From Candidatus Entotheonellaceae bacterium (GTDB lineage: Bacteria > Tectomicrobia > Entotheonellia > Entotheonellales > Entotheonellaceae), in NCBI GenBank assembly GCA_965238075.1, contig OZ250173.1, positions 736,001-800,000 of the forward strand: 64,000 nucleotides of DNA. Reading direction: 5' to 3'. The notes below the pieces were generated by a model. That model ran no database searches and was not told where the DNA came from. It saw only the letters and a program-made list of their open reading frames with translations. The position numbers were made by a program, and so were the translations under genes. Below, piece after piece: positions 9,293 through 20,021 of the stretch. Within the stretch, counting starts at the first letter, position 1. Every line of letters begins with the position of its first letter.

Positions 9293-10833
9293 TGAACGAA
9301 GTTGAGGCACAGCACTGGGCCGACCAGGTAGCCTGCGAGCTTTTGGCGAACCAGCCACGGCACTTGCTGAGTACGGGCATTACGCCGTCGGGGGAGTATC
9401 ACGTCGGGCACTTGCGGGAGGTGCTGACCGCGGAAGGAGTGCGCTGCGCCTTGCGGGAGCAGGGGACGGACTGCCAGTTGAACTACGTGGCCGACACCAT
9501 GGACCCGCTGCGGCGGGTTTATGATTTTCTCGACCCTGAACGCTACAAGCCGCACGTGGGCAAGCCGTTGTGCGACATTCCGTGCCCGTGTGATGAGCAC
9601 GCCAGTTACGCCGAGCATTTCCTGCAGCCCTTCCTGCAGGCGATGCAGACGCTAGGGGTCGAGCTGGAGGTGCATCAGGCGCACGAGTTGTACCGCGGCG
9701 GCCATCTCGACGACCAGATCATCACGGCCCTGGAAAGCACCGAGGCGATCAAGGCCATCCTGCACGAGGTAACCGGCAAAGCGATGGCGGACGATTGGTC
9801 TCCATACAATCCGGTTTGCGAGGCGTGCGGCCGCTTGGCGGGCACGCGGGTGACGGGTTTTGACGTCGCCGCCCGAACCGTATCGTACGCCTGCGACTGC
9901 GGTCACGAAACCACGGCGCCCGTCTCCCAGGCGGGTAAGCTCACCTGGCGGGTGGACTGGCCGGCACGCTGGCAGGCTTTGGGGGTGACGGCGGAGCCCT
10001 TCGGCAAAGACCACGCCTCGCGCGGCGGTTCGTATGACACCGGCAAACGCATTATGCGCGAGGTGTTCGACGGTGAACCACCACACCCCATTCCGTACGA
10101 ATGGATTGGCTTGAAGGGCCAGGGGGACATGTCGTCCAGCAAGGGCAACCTCGTCAGCATCGTCAACGTGACGCAAGCCATCCCGCCGGACGTGGTGCGC
10201 TACCTGATATTTCGCGTCAAGCCGATGCGGCGCATTGCCTTCGACCCCGGCCTGCCGCTGCTCAACCTGATGGACGAGTACGACAACCTCTCCAGCAACA
10301 ACCGCGACGCCCGCGCCGCCGACCTAGCCAGAATCACCGAGATGGATTCCATCGGCGTGCCCTTCCGGCACTTGGTCAATCTCGTGCAGATCACCGATGG
10401 CGACGTGGCCAAAATTCAGGCCATCCTGAAACGCCACAACCTGCCGGTGACTGACGCGGCAACCCTGCAAAAGCGAGTGGATTTCGCCGCCTACTGGGTA
10501 GAACGTTTCAGTCCGCCGGACAGTCGTTTACGCTTGCAACCAACCTTGCCCGAGCGCGCCGTCGACTTGACCCCGCCGCAACGTCATGTCCTGGCGCTTC
10601 TGGATCAGCGGCTGCAGCCCGACATGGACGGCGACGCCATTCACACCCTGGTCTACGCCCTCGCCGAGGAGTCGGGATTGGCCGCCAAGGACGTTTTCGA
10701 GGCGGTCTACGTCGCGTTTCTGGACCGCACCCGCGGCCCGCGGGCAGGCTGGTTCCTGCGCTCTCTGGAGCCCGATTTTGTGCACGCCCGATTGCGGGAG
10801 GCCGCCGGCCAGGGCGAGGGAGCGCGGTGTTGA
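9292..10833 (+). CDS. lysS: Lysine--tRNA ligase, class I
   Basis: GITPSGEYHVGHLREV (HIGH-like), CEACG/CDCGH Zn ribbon, GKLTWRVDWPARW, EPFGKDH, MSSSKG (KMSKS-like), GPRAG anticodon domain. Confidence 0.96.
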   Translation: MNEVEAQHWADQVACELLANQPRHLLSTGITPSGEYHVGHLREVLTAEGVRCALREQGTDCQLNYVADTMDPLRRVYDFLDPERYKPHVGKPLCDIPCPCDEHASYAEHFLQPFLQAMQTLGVELEVHQAHELYRGGHLDDQIITALESTEAIKAILHEVTGKAMADDWSPYNPVCEACGRLAGTRVTGFDVAARTVSYACDCGHETTAPVSQAGKLTWRVDWPARWQALGVTAEPFGKDHASRGGSYDTGKRIMREVFDGEPPHPIPYEWIGLKGQGDMSSSKGNLVSIVNVTQAIPPDVVRYLIFRVKPMRRIAFDPGLPLLNLMDEYDNLSSNNRDARAADLARITEMDSIGVPFRHLVNLVQITDGDVAKIQAILKRHNLPVTDAATLQKRVDFAAYWVERFSPPDSRLRLQPTLPERAVDLTPPQRHVLALLDQRLQPDMDGDAIHTLVYALAEESGLAAKDVFEAVYVAFLDRTRGPRAGWFLRSLEPDFVHARLREAAGQGEGARC

Positions 10834-12170
10834 CCTACGAGCAGGCCCTGGCCTATCTGGCGCGGTTCATCAATTACGAATCCGGCCAGCGCGTCCCGTA
10901 CACCCCCGAGCATTTCAACCTGGACGCCTTTGCCGCCTTCCTGCACGAACTTGGCGACCCGCACCGGGCCTTCCCTTCGGTGCTGATCGCGGGCTCCAAG
11001 GGCAAGGGTTCCACCGCCGCCATGATCGCGGCCATTCTGTCGCAAGCGGGCTTGCGCACGGGACTGTTCACCAATCCGCATCTGGTCACCCTGCGCGAAC
11101 GAACCCAGATTGACCGCCAGCTCATCAGCGAACCGGCGTTTGCCGCCCTTGTGTCCGAGTTGCGGGGCCACCTGCAACCGGCGCAGCGCGGCCAGCCGAG
11201 GCGCTTTCGCACCTTCTTCGAGCTGACCACAGCCTTGAGCTTTCTGCATTTCGTCCGCCAGCAGATCGACATCGCGGTGGTGGAGGTGGGACTCGGCGGC
11301 CGTCTCGACACCACCAACGTTCTCACCCCGCAGATCGCCGTCCTGACGCCTATCGGTCTGGAGCACACCCACATTCTCGGCGATACGCTGGCGGTCATCG
11401 CTGGTGAGAAGGCCGGCATCATCAAGCCGCGCGCCTGTGTGGTAAGCGCGCCGCAGGAGCCGGAAGCGGCGGCGGTCTTCGAGCAACGGTGCCAGGAACA
11501 GGAAGCAACACTTTCAATGGCAGGGCGGGATTTTGTCTGGCAGGTCATCGACGCTTGCGCCGAGGGCACGCGTATGCGCTTCCGCGGGTTCGGCCACGAA
11601 ATTGACGATATCGCCGTGTCGCTCGTCGGACGCCATCAGGCGGCCAATGCTGCGGTGGCGGTGGCGGTTTGCCTGCAGTTGCGGCAAAAGAGCTGGACCA
11701 TCAGCGGCGACCACATTCGTCGTGGACTCGCCGCGGTGCAATGGGAAGGCAGGGCTGAAATCATCGGTCGCCAGCCGTGGGTGGTGCTCGACGCCGCTCA
11801 CACGGTGGAATCGGCCCGCTGTCTTGCCGACACGCTGAGCGAGCTGTTTGGCGCCGAACGCCTGTTCCTGGTGCTCGGCATGGCCACGGACAAGAAGGTG
11901 GAGGACGTCGTGGCCATCCTGGCTCCCCTGGCTCACGAGGTCATCGTCACCGCCTTCCACAGCCCGCGCGCCTGCAAGCCGCAGCGCCTGGCCGATGAAG
12001 TACGCCGCCACGGCGTGGCGGTTCGACTTGCCGAGACGCCCGAGCAGGCGCTGGCCCTGGCGCGCGCTCAGGCCCGCACAATGGACGCCATCTGCGTCAC
12101 CGGCTCGGTACTGCTGCTCGGCGAGATCAAGGCGCACCTGCTAAACCAATCCCTCGAATTTTCAGGCTGA
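10827..12170 (+). CDS. folC: Bifunctional folylpolyglutamate synthase/dihydrofolate synthase
   Basis: AGSKGKGST, TFFELTT, EVGLGGRLDTTN, EKAGIIK, LDAAH. Confidence 0.96.
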   Translation: MLTYEQALAYLARFINYESGQRVPYTPEHFNLDAFAAFLHELGDPHRAFPSVLIAGSKGKGSTAAMIAAILSQAGLRTGLFTNPHLVTLRERTQIDRQLISEPAFAALVSELRGHLQPAQRGQPRRFRTFFELTTALSFLHFVRQQIDIAVVEVGLGGRLDTTNVLTPQIAVLTPIGLEHTHILGDTLAVIAGEKAGIIKPRACVVSAPQEPEAAAVFEQRCQEQEATLSMAGRDFVWQVIDACAEGTRMRFRGFGHEIDDIAVSLVGRHQAANAAVAVAVCLQLRQKSWTISGDHIRRGLAAVQWEGRAEIIGRQPWVVLDAAHTVESARCLADTLSELFGAERLFLVLGMATDKKVEDVVAILAPLAHEVIVTAFHSPRACKPQRLADEVRRHGVAVRLAETPEQALALARAQARTMDAICVTGSVLLLGEIKAHLLNQSLEFSG

Positions 12171-13862
12171 CATGCCAAGCGACGACTTGCTGGACGCGAA
12201 CCGCGTCAGCACCTCGCCGGGCGCCTGCTGCGGCGTCAGGTAATCCACACCGTCGAACACCTGAACGCCGTTGACCCATGTGCCCAACAGCCCCGGCGCG
12301 CGGCGCAGCAGACGCTCGCCGCCGGCAGGCAGGTCGTGATGACGCTCCGTGCCGGTGATGCGCAGCCTGTCGGGGTCGAACAGGATCATGTCGGCGAAAG
12401 CGCCGGGGACAAGGCGGCCCCTATCGACAATGCCGTACACGTTGGCAGGATCGCTGGTGACCTTGCGGATGGCTGTCGGCAGATCGAACACGCCCCTGTC
12501 GCGCACCCAATGGCTCAGCAGGTGCATGGCGTAAGCGGCGTCGCACAGCAGCGCGTTGTGCGCCCCGGCGTCGGACAGACTGACCAGGGTGCCGTCGTTG
12601 GTGATCAATTCCTCCACGCCCGCCTCGTCCATATTCAGGATGTAGAAAGTGTAGAGCGTCTCAAATTCCTCTTGCAAGGCGACGTCCAAAAACAGATCGA
12701 GCGGGTCGACGCCGCGCGCCTGGGCGATGTCGGCGACGGTCTGGTTTTCGAGTTCGGCGTTTTCCGAGCGCCCGGCGCGGGTTACCAACACCCAGTCCCA
12801 GCGACCGTTGAACACACGCCCGCCGACCGGGGTGGCGAGGGCGTCGCGAAAAGCCTGGCGGAACGAGGGATCCGAGAGAATGCGCCGCAGTTCCGTGTGG
12901 TCCGAGGTGGCGGGCCAGGGATCGATGGCCTTGAGGATGTAGGCGGCGTCGAGCGGGAAGCTGAGACTGAGAGGCTGGCACGAACCCTGCGTGTAGACGC
13001 GGTGGCCGCGCTGGCGGGCGGCCTGCGCCTGGAGCATGAGGTTGCGCCCGCGCTCGGGCTCATGGGCGTAATGGAAGTGCGCCGCGTACACCGCCGGGCG
13101 GCCGCTGCGGCGGGCGAAATCCTCCATGAAGTCCATGCCCATGTGATTGCCGGGGGTGATCAGGAAAACGCCATGGTCGTAGTCCGCCATAGCGTCGGCA
13201 AAAGCGCCGAATTCAGCTAGCTCGGCGAGCCGGGAGGCGATGGGCACGCCGCCGTGGCCGCGGTGATTTTCGTTGGTCGAGGAGCCGAACCCGACCGCGC
13301 CGGCGTCCATGGCGTCACGGAACAGCCGCACCATCGCTTCGAGTTCCTCATCGCGCGCCGGGCGCTGGGAGCTGTCCTTGCCCATGACGACGGTGCGAAT
13401 GGTGGCGTGCGAGGCTAGCGCCGCGACGTTTGGGTACACACCCTGATGGCGCAACAGGTCGAGGTACTCGCCAAAGCTCTCGAACGACCAGCGCACCCCG
13501 GTTTTCAGGGTATCCAGCGACATGCCTTCGACCTCGGCGAGGTTAGCGAGAATGGCATCGCGCGCGGCGGGCGGCGCCGGAACGATGCCGAAGCCGCAGT
13601 TGCCGATCACCACGGTGGTGACGCCAAGCGCGGGCGACGGCGAGGCGGTGGCGTCCCAGGTCAGTTGCGCGTCGTAATGGGTGTGCAGGTCGATCACGCC
13701 GGGTGCCAGCACCATGCCCTGTGCGTCCACGGTCGCAGCCGCCGGCTGCCGCACGTCCCCAATTTCCGCCACGCGGCCGCCCTCAACGGCGAGATCACCC
13801 TCCTGCAACGAATTGCCGAGCCCGTCGGCGATTCGCGCATTTCGTATTACCAGGTCGTACAT
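12162..13862 (-). CDS. N-acyl-D-amino-acid deacylase family amidohydrolase
   Basis: PGVIDLHTHYD, GVTTVVIGNCG, SDAGAH, RGRLVPGAFAD. Confidence 0.9.
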   Translation of the reverse strand: MYDLVIRNARIADGLGNSLQEGDLAVEGGRVAEIGDVRQPAAATVDAQGMVLAPGVIDLHTHYDAQLTWDATASPSPALGVTTVVIGNCGFGIVPAPPAARDAILANLAEVEGMSLDTLKTGVRWSFESFGEYLDLLRHQGVYPNVAALASHATIRTVVMGKDSSQRPARDEELEAMVRLFRDAMDAGAVGFGSSTNENHRGHGGVPIASRLAELAEFGAFADAMADYDHGVFLITPGNHMGMDFMEDFARRSGRPAVYAAHFHYAHEPERGRNLMLQAQAARQRGHRVYTQGSCQPLSLSFPLDAAYILKAIDPWPATSDHTELRRILSDPSFRQAFRDALATPVGGRVFNGRWDWVLVTRAGRSENAELENQTVADIAQARGVDPLDLFLDVALQEEFETLYTFYILNMDEAGVEELITNDGTLVSLSDAGAHNALLCDAAYAMHLLSHWVRDRGVFDLPTAIRKVTSDPANVYGIVDRGRLVPGAFADMILFDPDRLRITGTERHHDLPAGGERLLRRAPGLLGTWVNGVQVFDGVDYLTPQQAPGEVLTRFASSKSSLGMSA

Positions 13863-14064
13863 CGTCTTTCCCCCCGTTTTTCACCCGCCCATTGGTTTCA
13901 TCGTACGTGTCCCTGCGATCACATTAGGAAGGCGCAGCCTAGCACATTCCCGCCCTGCCCGCCTGTCCGCCATCCTGCAAAAACACCTCCGCCCAGTTAC
14001 AGCAGACGCCACGGCCACCGCGTATTATCCCGCGGTCCCTTCAAGGACGATTCAACCCGTGCCT

Positions 14065-15783
14065 ATGTCCTCGAAGGTCCGCTATCAGGCGGACGAAAAC
14101 CCGCCGAGCCCGCCCGCCTTTGGCCTCGGCCTGCAATACGCCGTGCTCACCATCGCCGGGATCGTGCTCACGCCTGCCATTGTCATTCGCGCTGCCGGAC
14201 TGGGCGACCCGCTGCTCACCTGGGCGGCGCTCGCGGCACTCGTTGTGAGCGGCGTGACGACTATCATCCAGGCACGCCGGGTTGGACACATCGGCGCCGG
14301 CCACATCCTGCTGATGGGCACCTCCAGCGCCTTCATCGCCGTGTGTGTCACCGCCTTGATCGAGGGCGGCCCTGCCCTGCTCGCAACGCTCGTCATCGTC
14401 TCCTCGCTGTTCCAGTTTCTCCTCGCCTGGCGGCTCTCCTGACTGCGCCGGATCGTCACGCCCATCGTCGCCGGCACCGTCATCATGCTCATATCTGTCA
14501 CGGTTATGCCTATCATCTTCGGCATGTTGACACAGGTTCCGCCGGACGCGCCCGCGGCAGCGGCGCCGGCGAGTGCATTTGTAACCCTGGCCCTCGTCGT
14601 GGGCATTGTCATGCGCGGGCGGGGCTTTCTTCGCCTCTGGGCGCCGGTGGTCGGCGTGGCGGGCGGCTGCATCGTCGCCGGCTTCTTCGGCCTTTACGAC
14701 TGGGCGCGCGTGATCGAAGCGCCTTGGGTCGGCATCCCCACCGAAGGCTTCGGCGGCTGGGACCTGCGGTTCGGCCCGGCGTTCTGGGCGTTGTTGCCGG
14801 TGTTCGTGTTCGTCACCGGGGTCGGGGCCATCGAAACCGTCGGTGACCCGGTGGCCATCCAGCAGGTGTCCTGGCGCAACCCCCGGGCCGTGGATTACCG
14901 GTCGGTGCAGGGGGCGGTGAACGCGGACGGGCTCGGCAATTTGCTTTCCGGCCTGCTCGGCACTATTCCGAATACCACGTATTCCAGCAGCGTCGCGGTC
15001 GCCGAACTCACCGACGTCGGCGCGCGTGGTCGGCGTGTACATCGGCGCCCTGTTTCTGGCGTTCGCCTTCCTGCCCAAGGTCACCGCGGTGCTCCTGGCC
15101 ATTCCCGGCCCGGTGGCGGCCGCCTACATCCTGGTGCTCCTATCCATGCTGTTCGTGCTGGGCATGAAGATCGTCATCCAGGACGGCGTGGACTACAAGA
15201 AGGGGGCGATTGTCGGCGTCTCGTTCTGGATCGGCGTCGGCTTTCAGGATCAACTGATCTTCGCGGATCGTCTTGGAGAGTGGTGGGGCGCCCTGCTCGG
15301 CAATGGCATGACCGCCGGTGGCCTGACGGCTGTGGTGCTGTCCCTGGTGCTGGACCTGCCGGCGGCAGACGGGTGCGCATGGAGACGGAACTGAACGTGG
15401 CGGCGTTGCCTGCAATCCGGACGTTTCTGCAAAACGCGTCCCGTCGCGCGGGGTGGGATGAGGAAGCGACGGAACGCCTGTCAGCAGCATCAGAGGAAAC
15501 GGTGCTGAGTCTTTTGGACGGCGAAACCGATTCCGACGGCCGCCGCCTGCCCGTCATCGCCCGTGCCGACGGGGAAGTGGCGGAATTGGAGTTCGTCGCC
15601 GCTGGCGGCGGCGAGAATCTGGAGGATCGGATGGTGCTCGGCGACTCCATCGACGTGCCGCCGGAACAAAACGTGTCGCTGCGCCTGCTACGCCACTTCG
15701 GCTCCGAGGTGCCCAACCGGCAATATCACGACGCGGACATCGTGACGGTGCGGGTGGCACGCGCGCCGGCGCCGCAGGGCTGA
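14065..15783 (+). pseudogene. Xanthine/uracil permease (NCS2) fused to a C-terminal RsbW/HATPase-like domain; disrupted
   Basis: GLQYA..., IETVGD, ADGLGN, PNTTYSSS, FLPK NCS2 motifs; in-frame TGA at 14440-14442; frameshifts near 15026 and 15362. Confidence 0.85.
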
Positions 15784-15893
15784 GGGCTCCAACAAAAAAA
15801 CGGGACAACCGAACGCGCCGAGTGTGGCCGCGTCCAGTTGCCCCGAAAGCATCAAGCCATATCCTGATAGTGAATCGTTCAAATGCCCCACAG

Positions 15894-15972
15894 CGTCATT
15901 CCGGGCTTGACCCGGAATCCAGCGGTCTTATTCCAGACGAACCTTCTGGACTCCGGCTTTCGCCGGAGTGAC
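15894..15972. repeat. CGTC-type REP doublet, copy 2
   Basis: cgtcattccgggcttgacccggaatccag ... ctggactccggctttcgccggagtgac, between convergent genes. Confidence 0.92.
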
Positions 15973-16010
15973 CCAGACTCAATCTTCAACCCTTATGATC
16001 CGAAACGGTT

Positions 16011-17270
16011 CTAATCCTTGAACGCCGGGATGATGTGCTTGGCGAACATCTCCAACTGGCGTTCCTGCTCGTCCCACGACATCATGCCTTGGTCGAAGAA
16101 CCAGCCGAACCATTCCAGCTCGCCGTCGCCTTCGTGCATCTTGTGCAGGTTTTCGATCTCCCGCTTCACCTGATCGGGGGTGCCGGCCAGGGCGTACTTG
16201 ACGTCGCGCATACGCTGCATGGTCCACTCCTTGGGCGGCAGCGGGGTGTACGGGTCGAGAGGGTACTGCTTGGCGTCGTCGGGCGAGCGGTGCGCCTCGA
16301 AGAAACCGAACGGCCCGAAGAACTCTTTGAAGCTGGCGAAATTGGTTTTGGCCAGCAGGTCCACGGCCTCCTGCTCGTTGTTGCCGAAGTGCACGGAGCG
16401 CACCGCGCCCAGGGCCTCACCGAATTTGAGGCCGCGGCCTTCATCGTTGGCCGAGTCCTGATAGACCTTGGCGATGTGCCGGAAACTCTCCGGGTGGGCG
16501 GTCAAAATCCACGGCGTGATGCCCTGCTTGGCGCACCAGAGGATCGTCCGCTCGCTGGCGCCGAAGGGCTGCATCATGGGCGGGTGCGGCTTCTGATAGG
16601 GCGCCGGGATGACGCACACGTTGCGGATGGCGCCGTTTTCGTCCAGTTCGCCGGGGGCGCCGTAGGTGTTCGTGAATTCCGTAATCGGCCAGCGGGTGAT
16701 GCCGGTGTCGTACGGGTAAGGCACCTTGTAATACTCGCCGTCGTGGTTGAAGGTCTCCTGCGTCCAGGCTTTCTTGACGACCTTGACCGCTTCCTCGAAT
16801 ACCGCGCGGTTATGGTTGTCCACGGCGCTGCCGTCCATGGTGGCGCCGGTGGAGTGGTACTGCTGCCCCATGATGTTGACCCAGCGGTCCTGGTAGCCGC
16901 GGGCGAAGCCGACGTACAGGCGGCCCTTGCTGAGGTGATCGAACACCGCCACTTCTTCCGCCACCCGGATTGGGTCCCAGGCAGCCAGGACGAGGCCGAG
17001 GGGGGCGAACTTGAGCCGTTCGGTACGGGCCGCCAGGTCCGTGTACAGGAGCATGGGCGCGACGGAGGCTTCCATGCCCTCGGAGTGCATGTGATGCTCG
17101 GTAGTTCCCATCACGTCGAACCCCGCCTGGTCGGCAAAAACGGCCATCTTGCGCAATTCGTCGATCATCTGCTGATACTTGTCGTGATTCCTGCCGATGG
17201 GCCTGAGTTGCTCGCGTTCCGCGAACGTTTCGGCCGGGACGGTCGGCAGGGCAAACAGCATGAATTTCAC
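16011..17270 (-). CDS. LLM-class flavin-dependent oxidoreductase (luciferase-like monooxygenase)
   Basis: TEHH, DPIRVAEEVAVFDHLSKGRL.VGFARG, PYQKPHPP, GTPDQV; GTG start with AGGAGG RBS. Confidence 0.92.
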   Translation of the reverse strand: MKFMLFALPTVPAETFAEREQLRPIGRNHDKYQQMIDELRKMAVFADQAGFDVMGTTEHHMHSEGMEASVAPMLLYTDLAARTERLKFAPLGLVLAAWDPIRVAEEVAVFDHLSKGRLYVGFARGYQDRWVNIMGQQYHSTGATMDGSAVDNHNRAVFEEAVKVVKKAWTQETFNHDGEYYKVPYPYDTGITRWPITEFTNTYGAPGELDENGAIRNVCVIPAPYQKPHPPMMQPFGASERTILWCAKQGITPWILTAHPESFRHIAKVYQDSANDEGRGLKFGEALGAVRSVHFGNNEQEAVDLLAKTNFASFKEFFGPFGFFEAHRSPDDAKQYPLDPYTPLPPKEWTMQRMRDVKYALAGTPDQVKREIENLHKMHEGDGELEWFGWFFDQGMMSWDEQERQLEMFAKHIIPAFKD

Positions 17271-17445
17271 GCCACACCTCCTGTGTTTTCCACCGGTTGC
17301 AAGGAAGCTTGAAACGAGGGCGGCATTGTAGGTGAGGCGTAGGGACAGCGCAAGCGGCCGGCCTGGACTTGCCTCCTGCGGCAGGATAGGGTGGAAGCCT
17401 TCGGGAAAGGGGACGGCAAGGGTCTCTTTGGGAAATGATACCTGC

Positions 17446-18528
17446 ATGGAATTCTTCAAAAGCGTCGGCGCGGCACTGCCGGACAACGCCTGGGGCGTAG
17501 CGGTATTTGTCACCGTTTTCGCCACCCTGCTGGCGCATTACCTGGTAAAACGCCTGTTCGACCGTCTGGCAAGGCGGTTCGAGCGCACCGACAACATCTA
17601 TGACGACGCCATACTGGCGGCGGCCCGCAAACCCATTCGCTGGGGCATCTGGTCGCTCGGCCTTCTGTTCGCCGCCGAGTTGGCCGGCCGGGGCTCGACA
17701 TCGGAGCTAGTCGGTTACATCGACCCCCTGCGTGACATCCTTGTCGTCGTTCTGCTGGCCTGGTTCGTGGAGCGCGCCATCAGCCTGGTTGAGGCGCACG
17801 TCACGGATCCAAATTACCGCCCGGACCCCACGGACAGGGCCACCGCAGGCGCCATAAGCAAGCTGCTGCGCGTCTCCGTGCTGATTACCGCCATGCTCAT
17901 GGCGATGCAGTCGCTGGGTTTCTCGGTTGCCGGGTTGCTCGCGTTTGGGGGCCTCGGCGGCATCGCCGTGGGGTTCGCGGCGCGCGATCTGCTGGCCAAC
18001 TGCTTCGGGGCGCTGACGATCTTCCTCGACCGACCCTTTGCGGTGGGCGACTGGATTCGCTCGCCGGACCGCGACATCGAGGGCACCGTGGAGGCCATCG
18101 GCTGGCGCCTGACGCGCATCCGCACCTTCGACCTGCGGCCGCTTTACGTTCCCAACTCGGCGTTTACCACGCTGTCGGTGGAAAACCCATCACGCATGCA
18201 CAACCGCCGCATATACGAAATCATAGGCGTGCGGTACGACGATATCGGTGTGTTACCAGCGCTCATCGGCGACGTTCGCCGTCTGCTCACCAACCACGAC
18301 GGCATCGCTGCCGACCGGCTGATGATGGTCAATTTTCTGCGATTCGGACCCTCGTCGCTGGATTTCATGGTCTACGCCTACACCAAGACCGTCGTGTGGA
18401 CCGAGTATCACGCCCTCAAGGAAGACATTCTTTTCGAGATTGCCCGCGTCATCTCCCGTCACGGCGCGGCGATTGCTTTTCCGACCCGAACCGTGCAGAT
18501 TGCCCGGCCGCCGAGCCCGGAACCGTAG
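17446..18528 (+). CDS. Mechanosensitive ion channel, MscS family (YnaI-like)
   Basis: Multiple TM helices, GGLGGIAVGFAARD, RPFAVGDWI, EGTVEAIGWRLTRIRT, VPNS, AFPTRT. Confidence 0.94.
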   Translation: MEFFKSVGAALPDNAWGVAVFVTVFATLLAHYLVKRLFDRLARRFERTDNIYDDAILAAARKPIRWGIWSLGLLFAAELAGRGSTSELVGYIDPLRDILVVVLLAWFVERAISLVEAHVTDPNYRPDPTDRATAGAISKLLRVSVLITAMLMAMQSLGFSVAGLLAFGGLGGIAVGFAARDLLANCFGALTIFLDRPFAVGDWIRSPDRDIEGTVEAIGWRLTRIRTFDLRPLYVPNSAFTTLSVENPSRMHNRRIYEIIGVRYDDIGVLPALIGDVRRLLTNHDGIAADRLMMVNFLRFGPSSLDFMVYAYTKTVVWTEYHALKEDILFEIARVISRHGAAIAFPTRTVQIARPPSPEP

Positions 18529-18546
18529 GCACGGCATGGCCGCCAT

Positions 18547-19062
18547 TCATCCCTTGGCAGTCCCGTATTGCCGTTGCAATTGGCTGATCACCAGGCGGTC
18601 AGTGGGAAAGGCGAGATTGTCCGGCACCTCGTGCAAGGCCACCCAGACCACCTGGTCAACGTCGTCATCCGCTTGCAGCGTGCCCTCCAACACCTCCCCC
18701 AGGAACCAGATGCCGACCGTATGCGCCGCCGGGTCGTGAAAATTCGAGTGCACGGCGTAGACGCTGCCAACCTCAACGAGCAAACCGGTCTCTTCCCGGA
18801 ATTCGCGCCTCGCCGCCTCGCGCACGTCTTCGTCGTACTCGACGTAACCGCACGGAATGCACCAGTCGCCCCGGTACGCGCCACGAGAACGGCGGGCCAG
18901 TACAATTCTGCCCGCCTGCAACACGATGACGGCGACGCCCACGGCCGGATTCTGCCAGAAGATTAACCGACACGCCGGGCACACCAGGCGTTCGCGGCCA
19001 TGCAGCACCTGGTGTGTGAAAGCGGCGGCGCAGCGTGGACAATACGGGTAGGTGCGTGGCAC
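18547..19062 (-). CDS. NUDIX hydrolase with N-terminal zinc ribbon
   Basis: CPRC..CPAC, NP.VGV, Nudix box GYVEYDEDVREAARREFREETGL. Confidence 0.92.
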   Translation of the reverse strand: MPRTYPYCPRCAAAFTHQVLHGRERLVCPACRLIFWQNPAVGVAVIVLQAGRIVLARRSRGAYRGDWCIPCGYVEYDEDVREAARREFREETGLLVEVGSVYAVHSNFHDPAAHTVGIWFLGEVLEGTLQADDDVDQVVWVALHEVPDNLAFPTDRLVISQLQRQYGTAKG

Positions 19063-19155
19063 AGAAGGACCCTTTCCTCAGAATTGCGTGTCGCGCGGCA
19101 GTGTGTGTATAGTGCTGACGAACCCCGATATTCCCCATGCGAGAGGAGCTTGAAC

Positions 19156-19695
19156 ATGTCGTCCGAAACAGCGGCATCTCCCGCCGATACCGCCCTGCCA
19201 ACCATCCCGCAGCCGCTGCTGGACGCCATCTACGCCCACGCTCGCGAGACCTATCCCGACGAGTGCTGCGGGTTTCTCATGGCGCCGCAGGGCGGTCCGG
19301 CGATCGACGAAGTACGCCCGTGCGTCAACGAGCAGAATCGCTACCACGCTCTCGACCCGGAGCGCTTTCCGCGCACGGCGCGCGAGGCTTATTACCTCGG
19401 CGGCAAGGATTTGAGATTCCTGCTCGAGAGCGTCTCCGGCGAGCGGCCGGTGAAGATCATCTACCACTCCCACCCCGATGTCGGCGCCTACTTTTCTGCC
19501 GAGGACACTCGCGCCGCGCTGGGCCGCGAGCCCGATGACAGCGCCGAGCCCCTCTACCCGGTGGACCACATCGTCATCGACGCGCAAGCCGACCACGTTG
19601 CCGAGGCCAAGCTCTTTCGCTGGGACGGCCGGCAGCGTTCCTTTGTGCATGTCGACACGTACGCCGGTGAACGCCCCGCCGTCACTGGTCCTTGA
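19156..19695 (+). CDS. Mov34/MPN/JAB metalloprotease (Mec-like)
   Basis: HARETYPDECCG, YHSHPD..YFSAED JAMM motif; AGGAG RBS. Confidence 0.92.
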   Translation: MSSETAASPADTALPTIPQPLLDAIYAHARETYPDECCGFLMAPQGGPAIDEVRPCVNEQNRYHALDPERFPRTAREAYYLGGKDLRFLLESVSGERPVKIIYHSHPDVGAYFSAEDTRAALGREPDDSAEPLYPVDHIVIDAQADHVAEAKLFRWDGRQRSFVHVDTYAGERPAVTGP

Positions 19696-20021
19696 TGCGC
19701 ACGCTCTGTTCCAGGACTTCTCACGAGTGTCTAGCAGTTAGAAGTTCATGTACAGACTTGTTGCAGGAGCGACCGGCATTTCACCGACCCTTTCGGGACA
19801 TCAATTGCCCAGTCATTTCCAGCTCAGGACACCAGACCCGCCTTATGACGTAGACGCCATACCGCCCGTGTTTTGCAAGGCTCATAACGCGCTTGATAAG
19901 GCATCTGTTACATAAATCCCAATGTAGAACTGGGTAGAAAACCTGCGACTTTTCTATTACCTTCTAAGCAGGCAAGACCGTTTAGCGTGTGACCAAACGC
20001 ATTTGAATAGGGAGAAAGTCA

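Noticed and set aside
14440-14442. In-frame TGA as selenocysteine or recoded Trp
   Set aside because: The same gene has two frameshifts, TGA is a normal stop elsewhere in the window, and no SECIS-like hairpin is evident. A nonsense mutation is simpler.
19731-19937. Possible MITE with weak ends (ctagcagtt..ttcatgtacaga / tctgttacataaa..aactgggtag)
   Set aside because: The inverted match is too loose and there is one copy only.
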